NCBI GenBank assembly: GCA_964577555.1
Contig: CAZNZM010000005.1
Location: 13,773 to 45,772, forward strand
DNA length: 32,000 nt
Direction of reading: 5' to 3'
Origin: an uncultured archaeon
GTDB taxonomy: Archaea > Iainarchaeota > Iainarchaeia > Iainarchaeales > Iainarchaeaceae
Of the stretch, positions 1-8,189 are shown one piece after another; the stretch's first letter is position 1; the number at the start of each line of letters is the position of its first letter. The notes beneath the pieces were generated by a model. It saw nothing but the letters and a program-made list of their open reading frames with translations. It was not told the origin of the DNA and searched no databases. The translations under genes and the position numbers were made by a program.

Positions 1-99
1 GCCAATGTTTTCTTTAGCCCAACCAACTAGCCATATAAAAATAAAAAAGATTACGACAATTCTTATATTGTCGAACAAACTTGCAAGCAATGTTAGCAT
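1..99 (-). CDS. small membrane protein, N-terminal fragment (gene runs off the left edge); third member of the small-membrane-protein paralog trio
   Basis: Hand translation of the minus strand from the ATG at 99..97 gives MLTLLASLFDNIRIVVIFFIFIWLVGWAKENIG, with no stop before the window edge. The product contains a hydrophobic helix. SLFDNIRIVVIFFIFIWLVGWAKENIG aligns position for position with ELFNDLNLIVKIFAFLMLVSWVRNHIG of the 473..880 product. The ORF is too short to appear in the ORF track. Confidence 0.45.
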   Translation of the reverse strand, partial: MLTLLASLFDNIRIVVIFFIFIWLVGWAKENIG

Positions 100-153
100 A
101 AAATCACTTCACTGTTTACTATTTATGATTGATTACTAATAAATTAATATCCT

Positions 154-471
154 CTACCTTCTCATGGTAGTTCCTATTCCCCAAATAATGGTTGACAAAA
201 ATCCAAGTCCAAGCAAGGTTTGAAGTATGTAAAGCGAGAGAAAAAGTTCAAAGTATTTGAAAACCATGAAATAAATAAGCACCGCAGAAACAACTATTAC
301 TAAAGGCCCAGAACCTAGGAAACCTCTTACAGTAGTATATATCATAAAAATCATTATTATTTGCATTAAAATTTTGGCTTCCCAAAAAAGGCTTGTAATT
401 ACTACTGGAATCAAAGCCAGAATTATTAACCCTAAAATTATCAATAAAAGTATGTTGCCCTTTTGATTCAT
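154..471 (-). CDS. small polytopic membrane protein (105 aa, about 4 hydrophobic helices), paralog of the 473..880 product
   Basis: The track ORF 154..642 would overlap the upstream gene by 170 nt. An internal ATG at 471..469 (MNQKGNILLLIILG...) lies 1 nt after the TGA stop of 473..880 and is preceded by AGGAG (477..481) at 5-nt spacing. The product is almost entirely hydrophobic. TVRGFLGSGPLVIVVSAVLIYFMVF aligns with WVRNHIGSGTMSWVLIAALTFFIF of the neighbouring gene. Confidence 0.6.
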   Translation of the reverse strand: MNQKGNILLLIILGLIILALIPVVITSLFWEAKILMQIIMIFMIYTTVRGFLGSGPLVIVVSAVLIYFMVFKYFELFLSLYILQTLLGLGFLSTIIWGIGTTMRR

Positions 472-472
472 A

Positions 473-880
473 TCATCTCCTCGTAAACATTCTTTGTGCA
501 TGGCTCCGCGCAGCATGTTCAGCCATTCTTTTTTGTATGTCAACACCGCTCGAAACAGGCGACTCCATGTCTTCTTCCGGTGCTTTTGGGGGCCCTCCGG
601 CGCTAATAAAGAAGAAATCCACGAGTATGCCGCTAACCCCAAACATCAAAAGCATGTATAAAATGTAAATTGGCCCAAAAATCGCCCAACCATCCAAAAA
701 TATGAAAAATGTCAAAGCCGCAATAAGCACCCAAGACATAGTCCCGCTTCCAATGTGGTTTCTTACCCAACTTACCAGCATAAGAAAAGCAAATATTTTG
801 ACTATCAAATTAAGGTCGTTAAACAACTCAAAAACGGAATCAATGAAAAGCATTGTATCAACTAACCCAAACCAATACAT
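473..880 (-). CDS. small polytopic membrane protein (135 aa) with a basic/charged C-terminal tail
   Basis: The ORF has 3-4 hydrophobic segments followed by a polar tail (GGPPKAPEEDMESPVSSGVDIQKRMAEHAARSHAQRMFTRR). The ATG at 880 overlaps the g1 stop by 19 nt and is preceded by G-rich GGGGGA (884..889) 4 nt upstream. An alternative ATG at 853 (MLFIDSVFELFNDL...) gives an N-terminus of similar length to the paralog at 1..99, so the start is uncertain by 9 codons. Confidence 0.65.
   Translation of the reverse strand: MYWFGLVDTMLFIDSVFELFNDLNLIVKIFAFLMLVSWVRNHIGSGTMSWVLIAALTFFIFLDGWAIFGPIYILYMLLMFGVSGILVDFFFISAGGPPKAPEEDMESPVSSGVDIQKRMAEHAARSHAQRMFTRR
477..481 (-). promoter_or_regulatory. Shine-Dalgarno-like AGGAG before the 154..471 gene
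   Basis: The minus strand reads cgAGGAGatgatATG, with 5-nt spacing. Confidence 0.5.
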
Positions 881-3800
881 GTTTCCCCCGCCTTTAATGA
901 ATTTGAAACTTCCGAAATATTTAATTTTGCTCCTTTTGAATCATAAACTGTTTTAGGATTCCAAAAAATTTCAGCCTTCCTGCCGGAATCGGAAATACAA
1001 GCATTGCCAGACTCTACCAATTTGAATACATCCAAAACAGTTGTTATTGCCCCCGTGCTTCCGCCAGAAGGATCATTATATTTTACCCCGGTTATTCCAG
1101 AAAGCCTTGCTTTTTCGCTTATTTCTTCAGGAGTCATTAAAATCGCTTTTCCTTTTGGATGCTCTAATTTAAGAGAATAAATTTCCAATGGATTAGTAAA
1201 GAATATTGTTCTTATATAAGAATCGCCTTTATAAACGATTGGCCCAAAGTCAACGCCGTAAGCACTCTCCCAATCATTAAGAGGGTCTTTTGTTGTGGCA
1301 GCCCTGTCCGAACGCGAATCAAAAGACTCTGTTATTAATGTTCCAGAAAAGTCAAGGCACGCTCCTACGCCATTCCAAAAAGTCAATGTTTCACCAACAT
1401 CGACAGGCACTTCATTGTTGGCAACAGTATAAAAAACAGACAAAGGCTCTTCAGAAATTGAATTTGCCGAAACCTTTATCATCACCGGCGTGGCTTTGGA
1501 AGGCGAAAAAACCAAGTTTGCTTCAGAAGGCGAAATTTTTTCCAAAATAAACAAATTGCCTCTTGTTGAAGGAGAAGAGTTTAATTTGTAAAAAGATTTT
1601 TCAAGTTTTGTGGCGGCAATTGAATTGGCATTGCTTCCATTGTCATTATAAGTTTTCATTGGTTGGCTGGAATTGTCAAACAATATTTGCCCTTCTTCGT
1701 TGAAAAAGCTTACCCCATAACCTTGCCTGTTGAAAGAATCATTTTCAAGTCCTACAAGGCCATCCAATGGCAAATAATAAAATGCAGAATTTGGTCTTGG
1801 TTCATGCAAAAGATAAAACTCTATTTCTATTTTCACATTAGGAGAACCATCCGCGTTAAAAAACCTGAAACTCTTGTCAATTCCTGAAATATTTATCAAC
1901 ACGTCATAAATTCCCGGGCTTGGCAATTCATGTGAATCAAAAAACCTGTTTCTGAAAGAAATATTGTGATTTATAAAAATATTCGCAATTCCATAAGGTT
2001 TGCCATCAGGAGAAGTGGCTTCCTTGTAAAACCACTCCGCAGTATCAAAAAACCTGCCGTTAGAATAATGTTCCGCAAAGTCGTTTATGAAATCCTCGCT
2101 AAAAGAATCCCTTATAAGCATTGCATTGAAATGAATAGTATTCATAAAAGATTCTTTGTTGGGAATCTCCTGTGTCCAAGAAATTGCGTTTTCATTTGCT
2201 TCTATTAAATGTTTGATTGCAGGCTCTCCTTCAATAAATCCTGTCCAATTCTCCAAATAGCAATTTTCTGTTTGTGAATTTCTGTCAACATTAAGGTCTC
2301 TCGCCAGTGTTTCAAATTCCTTGTTTAAAGGATTTGCAGGGCATTTGAGGTTTTGGTTTTGGTTGAAAAAATCTTTTAACGCCTTGAGCCTTTTTGAAAT
2401 CATAATACTAAATTGTGTTGCGTCACAATAAATGCCGTTCGGATTTTGTTCAAGACACGTGTCCTTATCAATATTTGTAAAACTCCAATCAAATCTAACT
2501 TTTGGCAAAGAGGCTTTTCCAGTTCTTCCGAATTTTACCCCGTTTTCGCATGAAAGAGTATCAAACGAAAGCTGTGGAATTGTTTCCTCTTCTTCCATTG
2601 TCTTGAACTTCAAATGAATTTTGGATTCCACATTGACTTTTTCTCTGTCGGGCACCTTAAAAGGCCCGAAATTGCTGTTTCCCCTTTCAATTTTTGTAGG
2701 CAAAGCATGTAAATGTTTGGTTGCATTGAAAGTGAAAGTAGCATAAGAAGGTTTTTGATTGGCAACGCCGTTGTTAATGAAAACCAAACCGACTTTTTGC
2801 TTATTATATTGTCCTATTATTTTTGCAGAATCCATGTTGTAATACGCAACCAAATCTTTGTTGTCAGAAACTATTGGCCCTGCATCAGAAACTAGGTTTA
2901 TAACATAATCAGGCAAACTTGAAGTATGCCTTTGGGTGCAAGGATCGTTTCCAAAAATTTTTCCATATATCCCTCCAATAAAAAAACCACCAAGAGAATA
3001 CATTGCCATGATGTTAGTTGGCGTAAAAAAACTCTTGGCTGTCGCGCTTGCAACCACGTTTCCTAAAGAATTGTTTGCAGACTGCACAATAGCATTCGTT
3101 GAAGCAAAACTTAATTTAAGAACCCCTGTTTTTGCAACAGATTCGCCAAATTGATTGGCAACAAAAGACTGCAAGGAAGAAGAACTTTCACCAACCAAAG
3201 AAACAGCTTCAGCTATCGCTGCTTTGCATTGACAAACTTCCGGATCGGCTTGGCACATACTAATAGCAATAGTTGCGGCGCTTCCCAAAGAAGTTGCACC
3301 AGCATTCAAATAAACCGATGCTTGTTGAATATAAGCCAATACTTCACTGTTAAGGTATTCTTTTTGAGCAAGTAATTCCGAAGCATCCAATTGTGTAAAT
3401 CTGCCGTTTATGAATTGCCCACCATTCATTGCCACATCCTGCAATTTTGAGTCATTCTCAATAATTTTACTCATAATATTTTTCGCATTTTCACACGCAG
3501 TTTTAGCAGATTGAACAGAAGCAATAGCCGAAGTTATATTAGCATTTGCAGGAGTTATACTGCATGGACCATAAGCACTTTGTGTGCTGGAAAGTGCAGA
3601 ATCAATTTTTGAACAAACAGCATCAATATTGTTATTGGATAAATTATCAGCAGCAACCGATGCTTGTTGTGCTGATTTTGTTGCATCCATTGATTGTCCA
3701 ATTCCTGAAGCAACCCCTTTTGCAGCAGCATTTGAAGCCATTAATGCAGGCCTTATTCCCATTAACGCGCCATATATTGCTCCAACACCAGCACCAGTCC

Positions 3801-6800
3801 AATCCCACCATCCTTTTTCAGTTGCGTCGCCCCAATCGCAAATGCTTGCATCCACAGTAATATTTTCGCTCAAAAACTTGTTAGTTAATTCAGTAGAATC
3901 CTTTGAACCGTTTCCAATAAGAGTGAAAGAATATTTGTTAAGCTCGAAAGCATCATTCATAGTGGGTTTTGCAATAACATCAAAAGTCAAAAGCTCTCTA
4001 TAATTAGTATTTTTAGTTTTAATAAAAACCTTGACCCCATAAATGCCAGGTATTTCCTGCCGTGATACCCTTACCGTTTTGGAACTATTCACAGGCTTCA
4101 AAGTGAATTTTTCCGGTTCAACAAGTATTCCGCCTTCAGATCCGCCAGAACAACCAGCATCATCTTTGCACATCCAAAAATCAATCTCCATATTTCCACA
4201 AGCCGAAGAATCAATCGTAATACCCGCTTCGTTTGAATTTTCAGGAATAACCAAAGGAGTTTCTGCTTGTGGCGTGAATTTGATGCAATCCCTCAAGTTA
4301 AGCGTGTCGATTTCAACTTTTATTTGATTGCTTGAACCAACACTTTCCTCGCCATAATCAGTAAATTGCGAAGCATCAATTGTTATGCTGAATTCCGCCT
4401 TTTTTCCCAAAGAATTGCCTTTTGGCGTAAAAATTATTTCAGCAATATATTCCCTTCCACCAGGGACCCTTTCAAAAAGCGTGCTAAAAATTCCATCCGC
4501 CAAAATATCTTTTCCTATTTGCCCTGTTATTGAATCAATTGCCTGAACTTCTACAAAGCCAAACTTGTTGCTTTTCCAATCAACCTTTGCCTTTAAATTT
4601 TTCAAATCGATAGGCTTGTTTTTTTTGTCAATACAATTGTTTTTAATATAGAATTCGGTTTTGGCTACGCCTGAAATTGTTGCATCTTTCCATTCCTTTA
4701 TTGAAACCTCAATACAATTTTGATTTGCCGGAGGCTCAGCCAAAGAAATTGCAGTAGAAAAAGGAATTTCAAAAGGCCAAGTATTTTTATTTTTGTCTGT
4801 AAATTCAAGATAGAGTCTTCCTGAAATGTTTTTCTTTTCTTTTATATATTTTCCGTCTTCGCTTATTGCTGCTATGAAATTCATTTCTTTTGACTCGTTG
4901 AATCCTACTTTTATACCGGAATTCATAGATGCATAATTTGTCATTTTTTGTTCATCCAGCAACCCTAAAAATTTTCCATAAAATCCTGCTTTTGAAAGTT
5001 CAAGTTCCAAAGGAGTCAAATTGGCAATTGAAACAGATTTTTTTTCCTCTCTTTTTGATGAAATATTCAAATTATAATTCAATTTTTCAGGAGAAAATTT
5101 CAATATTTCTTTAGTAACTTTTAATTGATATGATTTTCCTGAATAGCCTGGTTTTTCAACAACTACTTTGAATCTTGTGTTTGGCTCCAAAGCAGGGATT
5201 TTTATAAGTGCTTTTCCTTCCAAATCGGTAGTGCCGATAATCGTTGTTTTTTTTCTGTCAGGATGCACCAATTCAACTCTTACATTTGCGCCATCAACTC
5301 CAAAATAATCTTCTTCTTTATACTCTTTGGCTTCAACTTTTAGTTCAAATTCCGTAAAAGCAGGAATTATTTCAGGAACAATCGCAATATTCATGTCATT
5401 GCTTGCCACTATTTTAAAATCAATTTTTTTTTCAAACACTATATTTTTTTCAGAATGAATAATTATTGATAATCCAGATTCTGATAAATTAACCGGTTTT
5501 ATTTTCAACCTTCCTGTTATTGATTTGTTTTTATTTAATTTTCCTAAAATTATTCCTTCAATTTTGAAAGTTTCCCTGTTTGAACCGAATTTTTCCGAAT
5601 CCGCACTGAAAATGCTGTAATCAAGTATTTTTATATTTTCTTGGTTGGAATTTGAAATAATTAGTTTTGCATTGTCATATGTTGCTTCTTTGTTGTTCAA
5701 AATGGAAAATTCAATTTCATATTCCCCGAAATTTCTTAATGAATAAGGCTTTTCAAGGTATAATTCTTCCTTTAAATCAAGCACTTTTTCATTGAAACAA
5801 AAAAATTCGCCGCAGTCTGTTGAAGAATTATAAACATATGTTTTTGCATATAACCATTTTTTTGTTGCAGAATTTTCCGCAAAACCAAGTTCAGAGTCTT
5901 GCGGATCCCTGTATATTTCCCCATTGCTTTTTACTGCAAACGCCCTGTAATTAAAAAATAACTTGCTTTGTGCGTTTGCAAAATTTTTCAATTTGAATTT
6001 AACTCCGAAATTAATTATTTTTCCAGCGTTGTTTGATTTTTCCCAAGCGATTTGCACCCATTTTGCATTGCCGTTGGTTAGGTTGCTTAAATCTTCTTCC
6101 AAATTTCTTGGCGGATTATAAGTTGAACCCATCAAATAAGTTGCTTTTGGCGCATCAACTTCATATATATACATTGTATCTTTTTCAACATTATTCTCAT
6201 TTCCGACGTTAATAAAAGCCCCTGCCTGTTCATATTCAAAATCTTTCGGAATAACCAACAAAAACTTTGCTTCATATGATTTGCCAGGCTCCAATACCTC
6301 GGCTTTTTTTCCATCAGAACTTATTTCTACCAAACTTATTTTGATGTTTCCTGAAATAGATTCTTTTTCAAGTTTTGCCATGATTTTTGCCGCTTTTTCA
6401 GGCAATATTATTGAGGACGTGGAGTGGTATTCTGCATACCCTTCGGCTGTTACAACCACTGAAACCTTTTCTCCTGCCCTGATTTTTGCGCTTCCTTTTC
6501 CGCTGCTGTCCAAAACTATTTTTCCTATTCTTTTTTCATAATCAAAAATTTCTGCGTTGGCAAAAGGAACCGCTTTTCCATCCTCGTCCAAAGTTTCTAT
6601 TTCAATTGTGCCATATCCTATTTTCAATTGCAGAATAATTTCTTTGGTGGCGCCTTCGTTTATTTCAAATGCTTCAGAAAGCCCGTTTGCAGGATATTTT
6701 TGTGCAATAACTCTGTATTTTCCGTTTTTAATACCGGTAAATTTTGCAATTCCATTGTTATTGGTTGTTTTTGGCTGGTATTCATTCAAAGCAAAATTCG

Positions 6801-8040
6801 TGTCAGGTTCTATGATTATTACCTTAGCATTTCCGACAGGCTTATTTTCTTCATCAATTATTTTGACATCAAGTGAATTGCAAGTGTTTGGAGTGCATGG
6901 CAAAAGTTCTACATCTATTACGCTTTTTTGGATGTTTGACGAATCAACTTCAATAATGCCAGATGGCAAATACCCATTTGACGAGACAACTATTTTTGTT
7001 TTTCCTTGCCTCGTTATTTGTATCTCAATTTCTCCTTTGCCTTCAATTGAATACTTGCTTGAATCCGGCAATTCTATATTTGCTTTTGCCTGCAATTTTG
7101 CCTTGCTTCTTTTGTCAACTATGTTGAGTTTTACAGAACCAAATTTTTGTTCTTCCAAAGTTGCTTCAAAATCAGTTGTTTCTTTTGAAATTATCTTTGC
7201 GTTTCCGCTGAAAGTGCTTAAGTTTTTATTATTCGGAACTATGACTATTTTGTAATCACCAGGTTCAAGCGAAAATTCAGCTTTGCCAAAACCTGATATT
7301 TTTTTGTCAACAAGCGACCCAAATTCATCATTTACAAATACTTCCGCGCCGTCAACATTATTGCCAAATTTGTCTTTTACTGAAACTTTGAGAAACCCTT
7401 CTTCAATTATGCGCGGCGCTAATTTTATTATATTGCTTTCTTCAAGGTTGTATGATTTAACTTCAAAACCGCTTCCAATGACTTTTGCGGACATCGCACC
7501 GCAACCTGGCGGAACCTCCACATCAAGTTTGCCGCTGCTTACCTGCTTTATTGGGTTTGTTATTTTGATTGCTGTTGAACAACTTAATTCTATTGTAAGC
7601 ATTTTTCCTTCTATTTTTGCCCCGTCAGGTCCTACAAAAATCAAGCTTTTGACAATTTGTTTTTCTCCATCCGAAGGTTCAAGTGTTGCTTTGATTATCT
7701 CTTTTTCATTTTCAATTTTTATGGTTTTTGAAAATTCTTTGAAGCCTGTTGCGGAAATTTTTATAGTTATTTCTTTTCCTTTAGGAATTTTTTCAAAAGT
7801 TGCATTTCCGCTTCTGTCAGTCATTTTGGCTGGCAAATTTCCTGCACCAATTAGTTGGACTTTTGCCTTCCAAACAGGGCTTTCCCTGCTGGTTACGTTT
7901 ATATTGACATCAGAGTATTTTTCACCTGAAAAAAAAACAAAATACCCTATGCCTAATACTGATGCCAAGGCTATGGCTAATAATATTACTGCCACAAACT
8001 TATTCGCTTCTATTAATTCCCTGATTGAATCAAATTCCAT
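862..8040 (-). CDS. giant membrane-anchored surface protein, paralog g1 (2392 aa); Ig-like / carboxypeptidase-regulatory-like beta-sandwich repeats plus a conserved Cys-bearing C-terminal region; function unknown
   Basis: This is a 7179-nt uninterrupted ORF in stop-rich AT-rich DNA, with an ATG start and a TAG stop. It has an N-terminal helix (FVAVILLAIALASVLGIGYFVFF). Its repeated modules carry the x-V-K-(I/V)-(I/V)-D-x(4)-P-V-x-N-A-K-V signature (for example LDVKIIDEENKPVGNAKVIII). It is collinear with the other three giants through the blocks NGNAKWV, EGGILVEP, YCDATQFSI, SAFYYLPLDGLVG and CISDSGRKAEIFWNP. Confidence 0.96.
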   Translation of the reverse strand: MEFDSIRELIEANKFVAVILLAIALASVLGIGYFVFFSGEKYSDVNINVTSRESPVWKAKVQLIGAGNLPAKMTDRSGNATFEKIPKGKEITIKISATGFKEFSKTIKIENEKEIIKATLEPSDGEKQIVKSLIFVGPDGAKIEGKMLTIELSCSTAIKITNPIKQVSSGKLDVEVPPGCGAMSAKVIGSGFEVKSYNLEESNIIKLAPRIIEEGFLKVSVKDKFGNNVDGAEVFVNDEFGSLVDKKISGFGKAEFSLEPGDYKIVIVPNNKNLSTFSGNAKIISKETTDFEATLEEQKFGSVKLNIVDKRSKAKLQAKANIELPDSSKYSIEGKGEIEIQITRQGKTKIVVSSNGYLPSGIIEVDSSNIQKSVIDVELLPCTPNTCNSLDVKIIDEENKPVGNAKVIIIEPDTNFALNEYQPKTTNNNGIAKFTGIKNGKYRVIAQKYPANGLSEAFEINEGATKEIILQLKIGYGTIEIETLDEDGKAVPFANAEIFDYEKRIGKIVLDSSGKGSAKIRAGEKVSVVVTAEGYAEYHSTSSIILPEKAAKIMAKLEKESISGNIKISLVEISSDGKKAEVLEPGKSYEAKFLLVIPKDFEYEQAGAFINVGNENNVEKDTMYIYEVDAPKATYLMGSTYNPPRNLEEDLSNLTNGNAKWVQIAWEKSNNAGKIINFGVKFKLKNFANAQSKLFFNYRAFAVKSNGEIYRDPQDSELGFAENSATKKWLYAKTYVYNSSTDCGEFFCFNEKVLDLKEELYLEKPYSLRNFGEYEIEFSILNNKEATYDNAKLIISNSNQENIKILDYSIFSADSEKFGSNRETFKIEGIILGKLNKNKSITGRLKIKPVNLSESGLSIIIHSEKNIVFEKKIDFKIVASNDMNIAIVPEIIPAFTEFELKVEAKEYKEEDYFGVDGANVRVELVHPDRKKTTIIGTTDLEGKALIKIPALEPNTRFKVVVEKPGYSGKSYQLKVTKEILKFSPEKLNYNLNISSKREEKKSVSIANLTPLELELSKAGFYGKFLGLLDEQKMTNYASMNSGIKVGFNESKEMNFIAAISEDGKYIKEKKNISGRLYLEFTDKNKNTWPFEIPFSTAISLAEPPANQNCIEVSIKEWKDATISGVAKTEFYIKNNCIDKKNKPIDLKNLKAKVDWKSNKFGFVEVQAIDSITGQIGKDILADGIFSTLFERVPGGREYIAEIIFTPKGNSLGKKAEFSITIDASQFTDYGEESVGSSNQIKVEIDTLNLRDCIKFTPQAETPLVIPENSNEAGITIDSSACGNMEIDFWMCKDDAGCSGGSEGGILVEPEKFTLKPVNSSKTVRVSRQEIPGIYGVKVFIKTKNTNYRELLTFDVIAKPTMNDAFELNKYSFTLIGNGSKDSTELTNKFLSENITVDASICDWGDATEKGWWDWTGAGVGAIYGALMGIRPALMASNAAAKGVASGIGQSMDATKSAQQASVAADNLSNNNIDAVCSKIDSALSSTQSAYGPCSITPANANITSAIASVQSAKTACENAKNIMSKIIENDSKLQDVAMNGGQFINGRFTQLDASELLAQKEYLNSEVLAYIQQASVYLNAGATSLGSAATIAISMCQADPEVCQCKAAIAEAVSLVGESSSSLQSFVANQFGESVAKTGVLKLSFASTNAIVQSANNSLGNVVASATAKSFFTPTNIMAMYSLGGFFIGGIYGKIFGNDPCTQRHTSSLPDYVINLVSDAGPIVSDNKDLVAYYNMDSAKIIGQYNKQKVGLVFINNGVANQKPSYATFTFNATKHLHALPTKIERGNSNFGPFKVPDREKVNVESKIHLKFKTMEEEETIPQLSFDTLSCENGVKFGRTGKASLPKVRFDWSFTNIDKDTCLEQNPNGIYCDATQFSIMISKRLKALKDFFNQNQNLKCPANPLNKEFETLARDLNVDRNSQTENCYLENWTGFIEGEPAIKHLIEANENAISWTQEIPNKESFMNTIHFNAMLIRDSFSEDFINDFAEHYSNGRFFDTAEWFYKEATSPDGKPYGIANIFINHNISFRNRFFDSHELPSPGIYDVLINISGIDKSFRFFNADGSPNVKIEIEFYLLHEPRPNSAFYYLPLDGLVGLENDSFNRQGYGVSFFNEEGQILFDNSSQPMKTYNDNGSNANSIAATKLEKSFYKLNSSPSTRGNLFILEKISPSEANLVFSPSKATPVMIKVSANSISEEPLSVFYTVANNEVPVDVGETLTFWNGVGACLDFSGTLITESFDSRSDRAATTKDPLNDWESAYGVDFGPIVYKGDSYIRTIFFTNPLEIYSLKLEHPKGKAILMTPEEISEKARLSGITGVKYNDPSGGSTGAITTVLDVFKLVESGNACISDSGRKAEIFWNPKTVYDSKGAKLNISEVSNSLKAGETCIGLG

Positions 8041-8069
8041 GGTTTCGTCTAAAAAGTAGTTTTAAGCAG

Positions 8070-8077
8070 TTAATAAA
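8070..8077 (-). promoter_or_regulatory. TATA-box-like element upstream of g1
   Basis: The minus strand reads TTTATTAA, centred about 33 nt upstream of the ATG at 8040. A second candidate, TTTATAAA, lies at 8120..8127. Confidence 0.3.
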
Positions 8078-8100
8078 GTTTTTCAGCAAAATTATTTTTT

Positions 8101-8155
8101 CCAAAAAATTTGTGTTTTTATAAACAATTTCTGTAGAGCACAGCAAAACCAAAAG
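8101..8155 (-). terminator. candidate oligo-T termination region downstream of g2
   Basis: Downstream of the g2 stop, the minus strand reads ccTTTTggTTTTgc (8143..8155) and aaaTTTTTTgg (8103..8108 as A6 on the plus strand). These lie upstream of the g1 TATA-like box. The tracts are short and weak. Confidence 0.25.
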
Positions 8156-8189
8156 GTTGTTGAAATGATTATATTTGTTCCGTTTTGGG

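Noticed and set aside
154-642. The full-length 162-aa version of the track ORF.
   Set aside because: It would overlap the 473..880 gene by 170 nt in another frame. The internal ATG at 471 has an AGGAG motif, abuts the upstream stop codon, and marks the start of the hydrophobic paralog-like part.
6557-8059. Long plus-strand ORFs antisense to g1 (6557..7255, 232 aa; 7283..8059, 258 aa). Similar ones lie opposite the other giants: 3584..4003, 11758..12375, 14710..15126, 20166..20870, 24847..25389 and 25500..26045.
   Set aside because: They lie wholly inside the giant minus-strand ORFs. Their products are low-complexity Ser/Phe/Leu/Ile-rich strings with no start context. They are not conserved between paralogs, whereas the minus-strand frames are. 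They are shadow ORFs caused by the codon bias of the true genes.
8131-8143. A small inverted repeat, ctgt-agagc-acag, in the g2-g1 spacer.
   Set aside because: The stem is only 4 bp. It is too weak to call a hairpin or operator.
8041-8189. tRNA or other small structured RNA genes in the intergenic spacers (also 100..153, 15219..15449, 22557..22656 and 30639..30865).
   Set aside because: All the spacers are very AT-rich, with no GC-rich stems and no recognisable tRNA features such as a T-loop GTTCRANNC box. Nothing supports an RNA gene.
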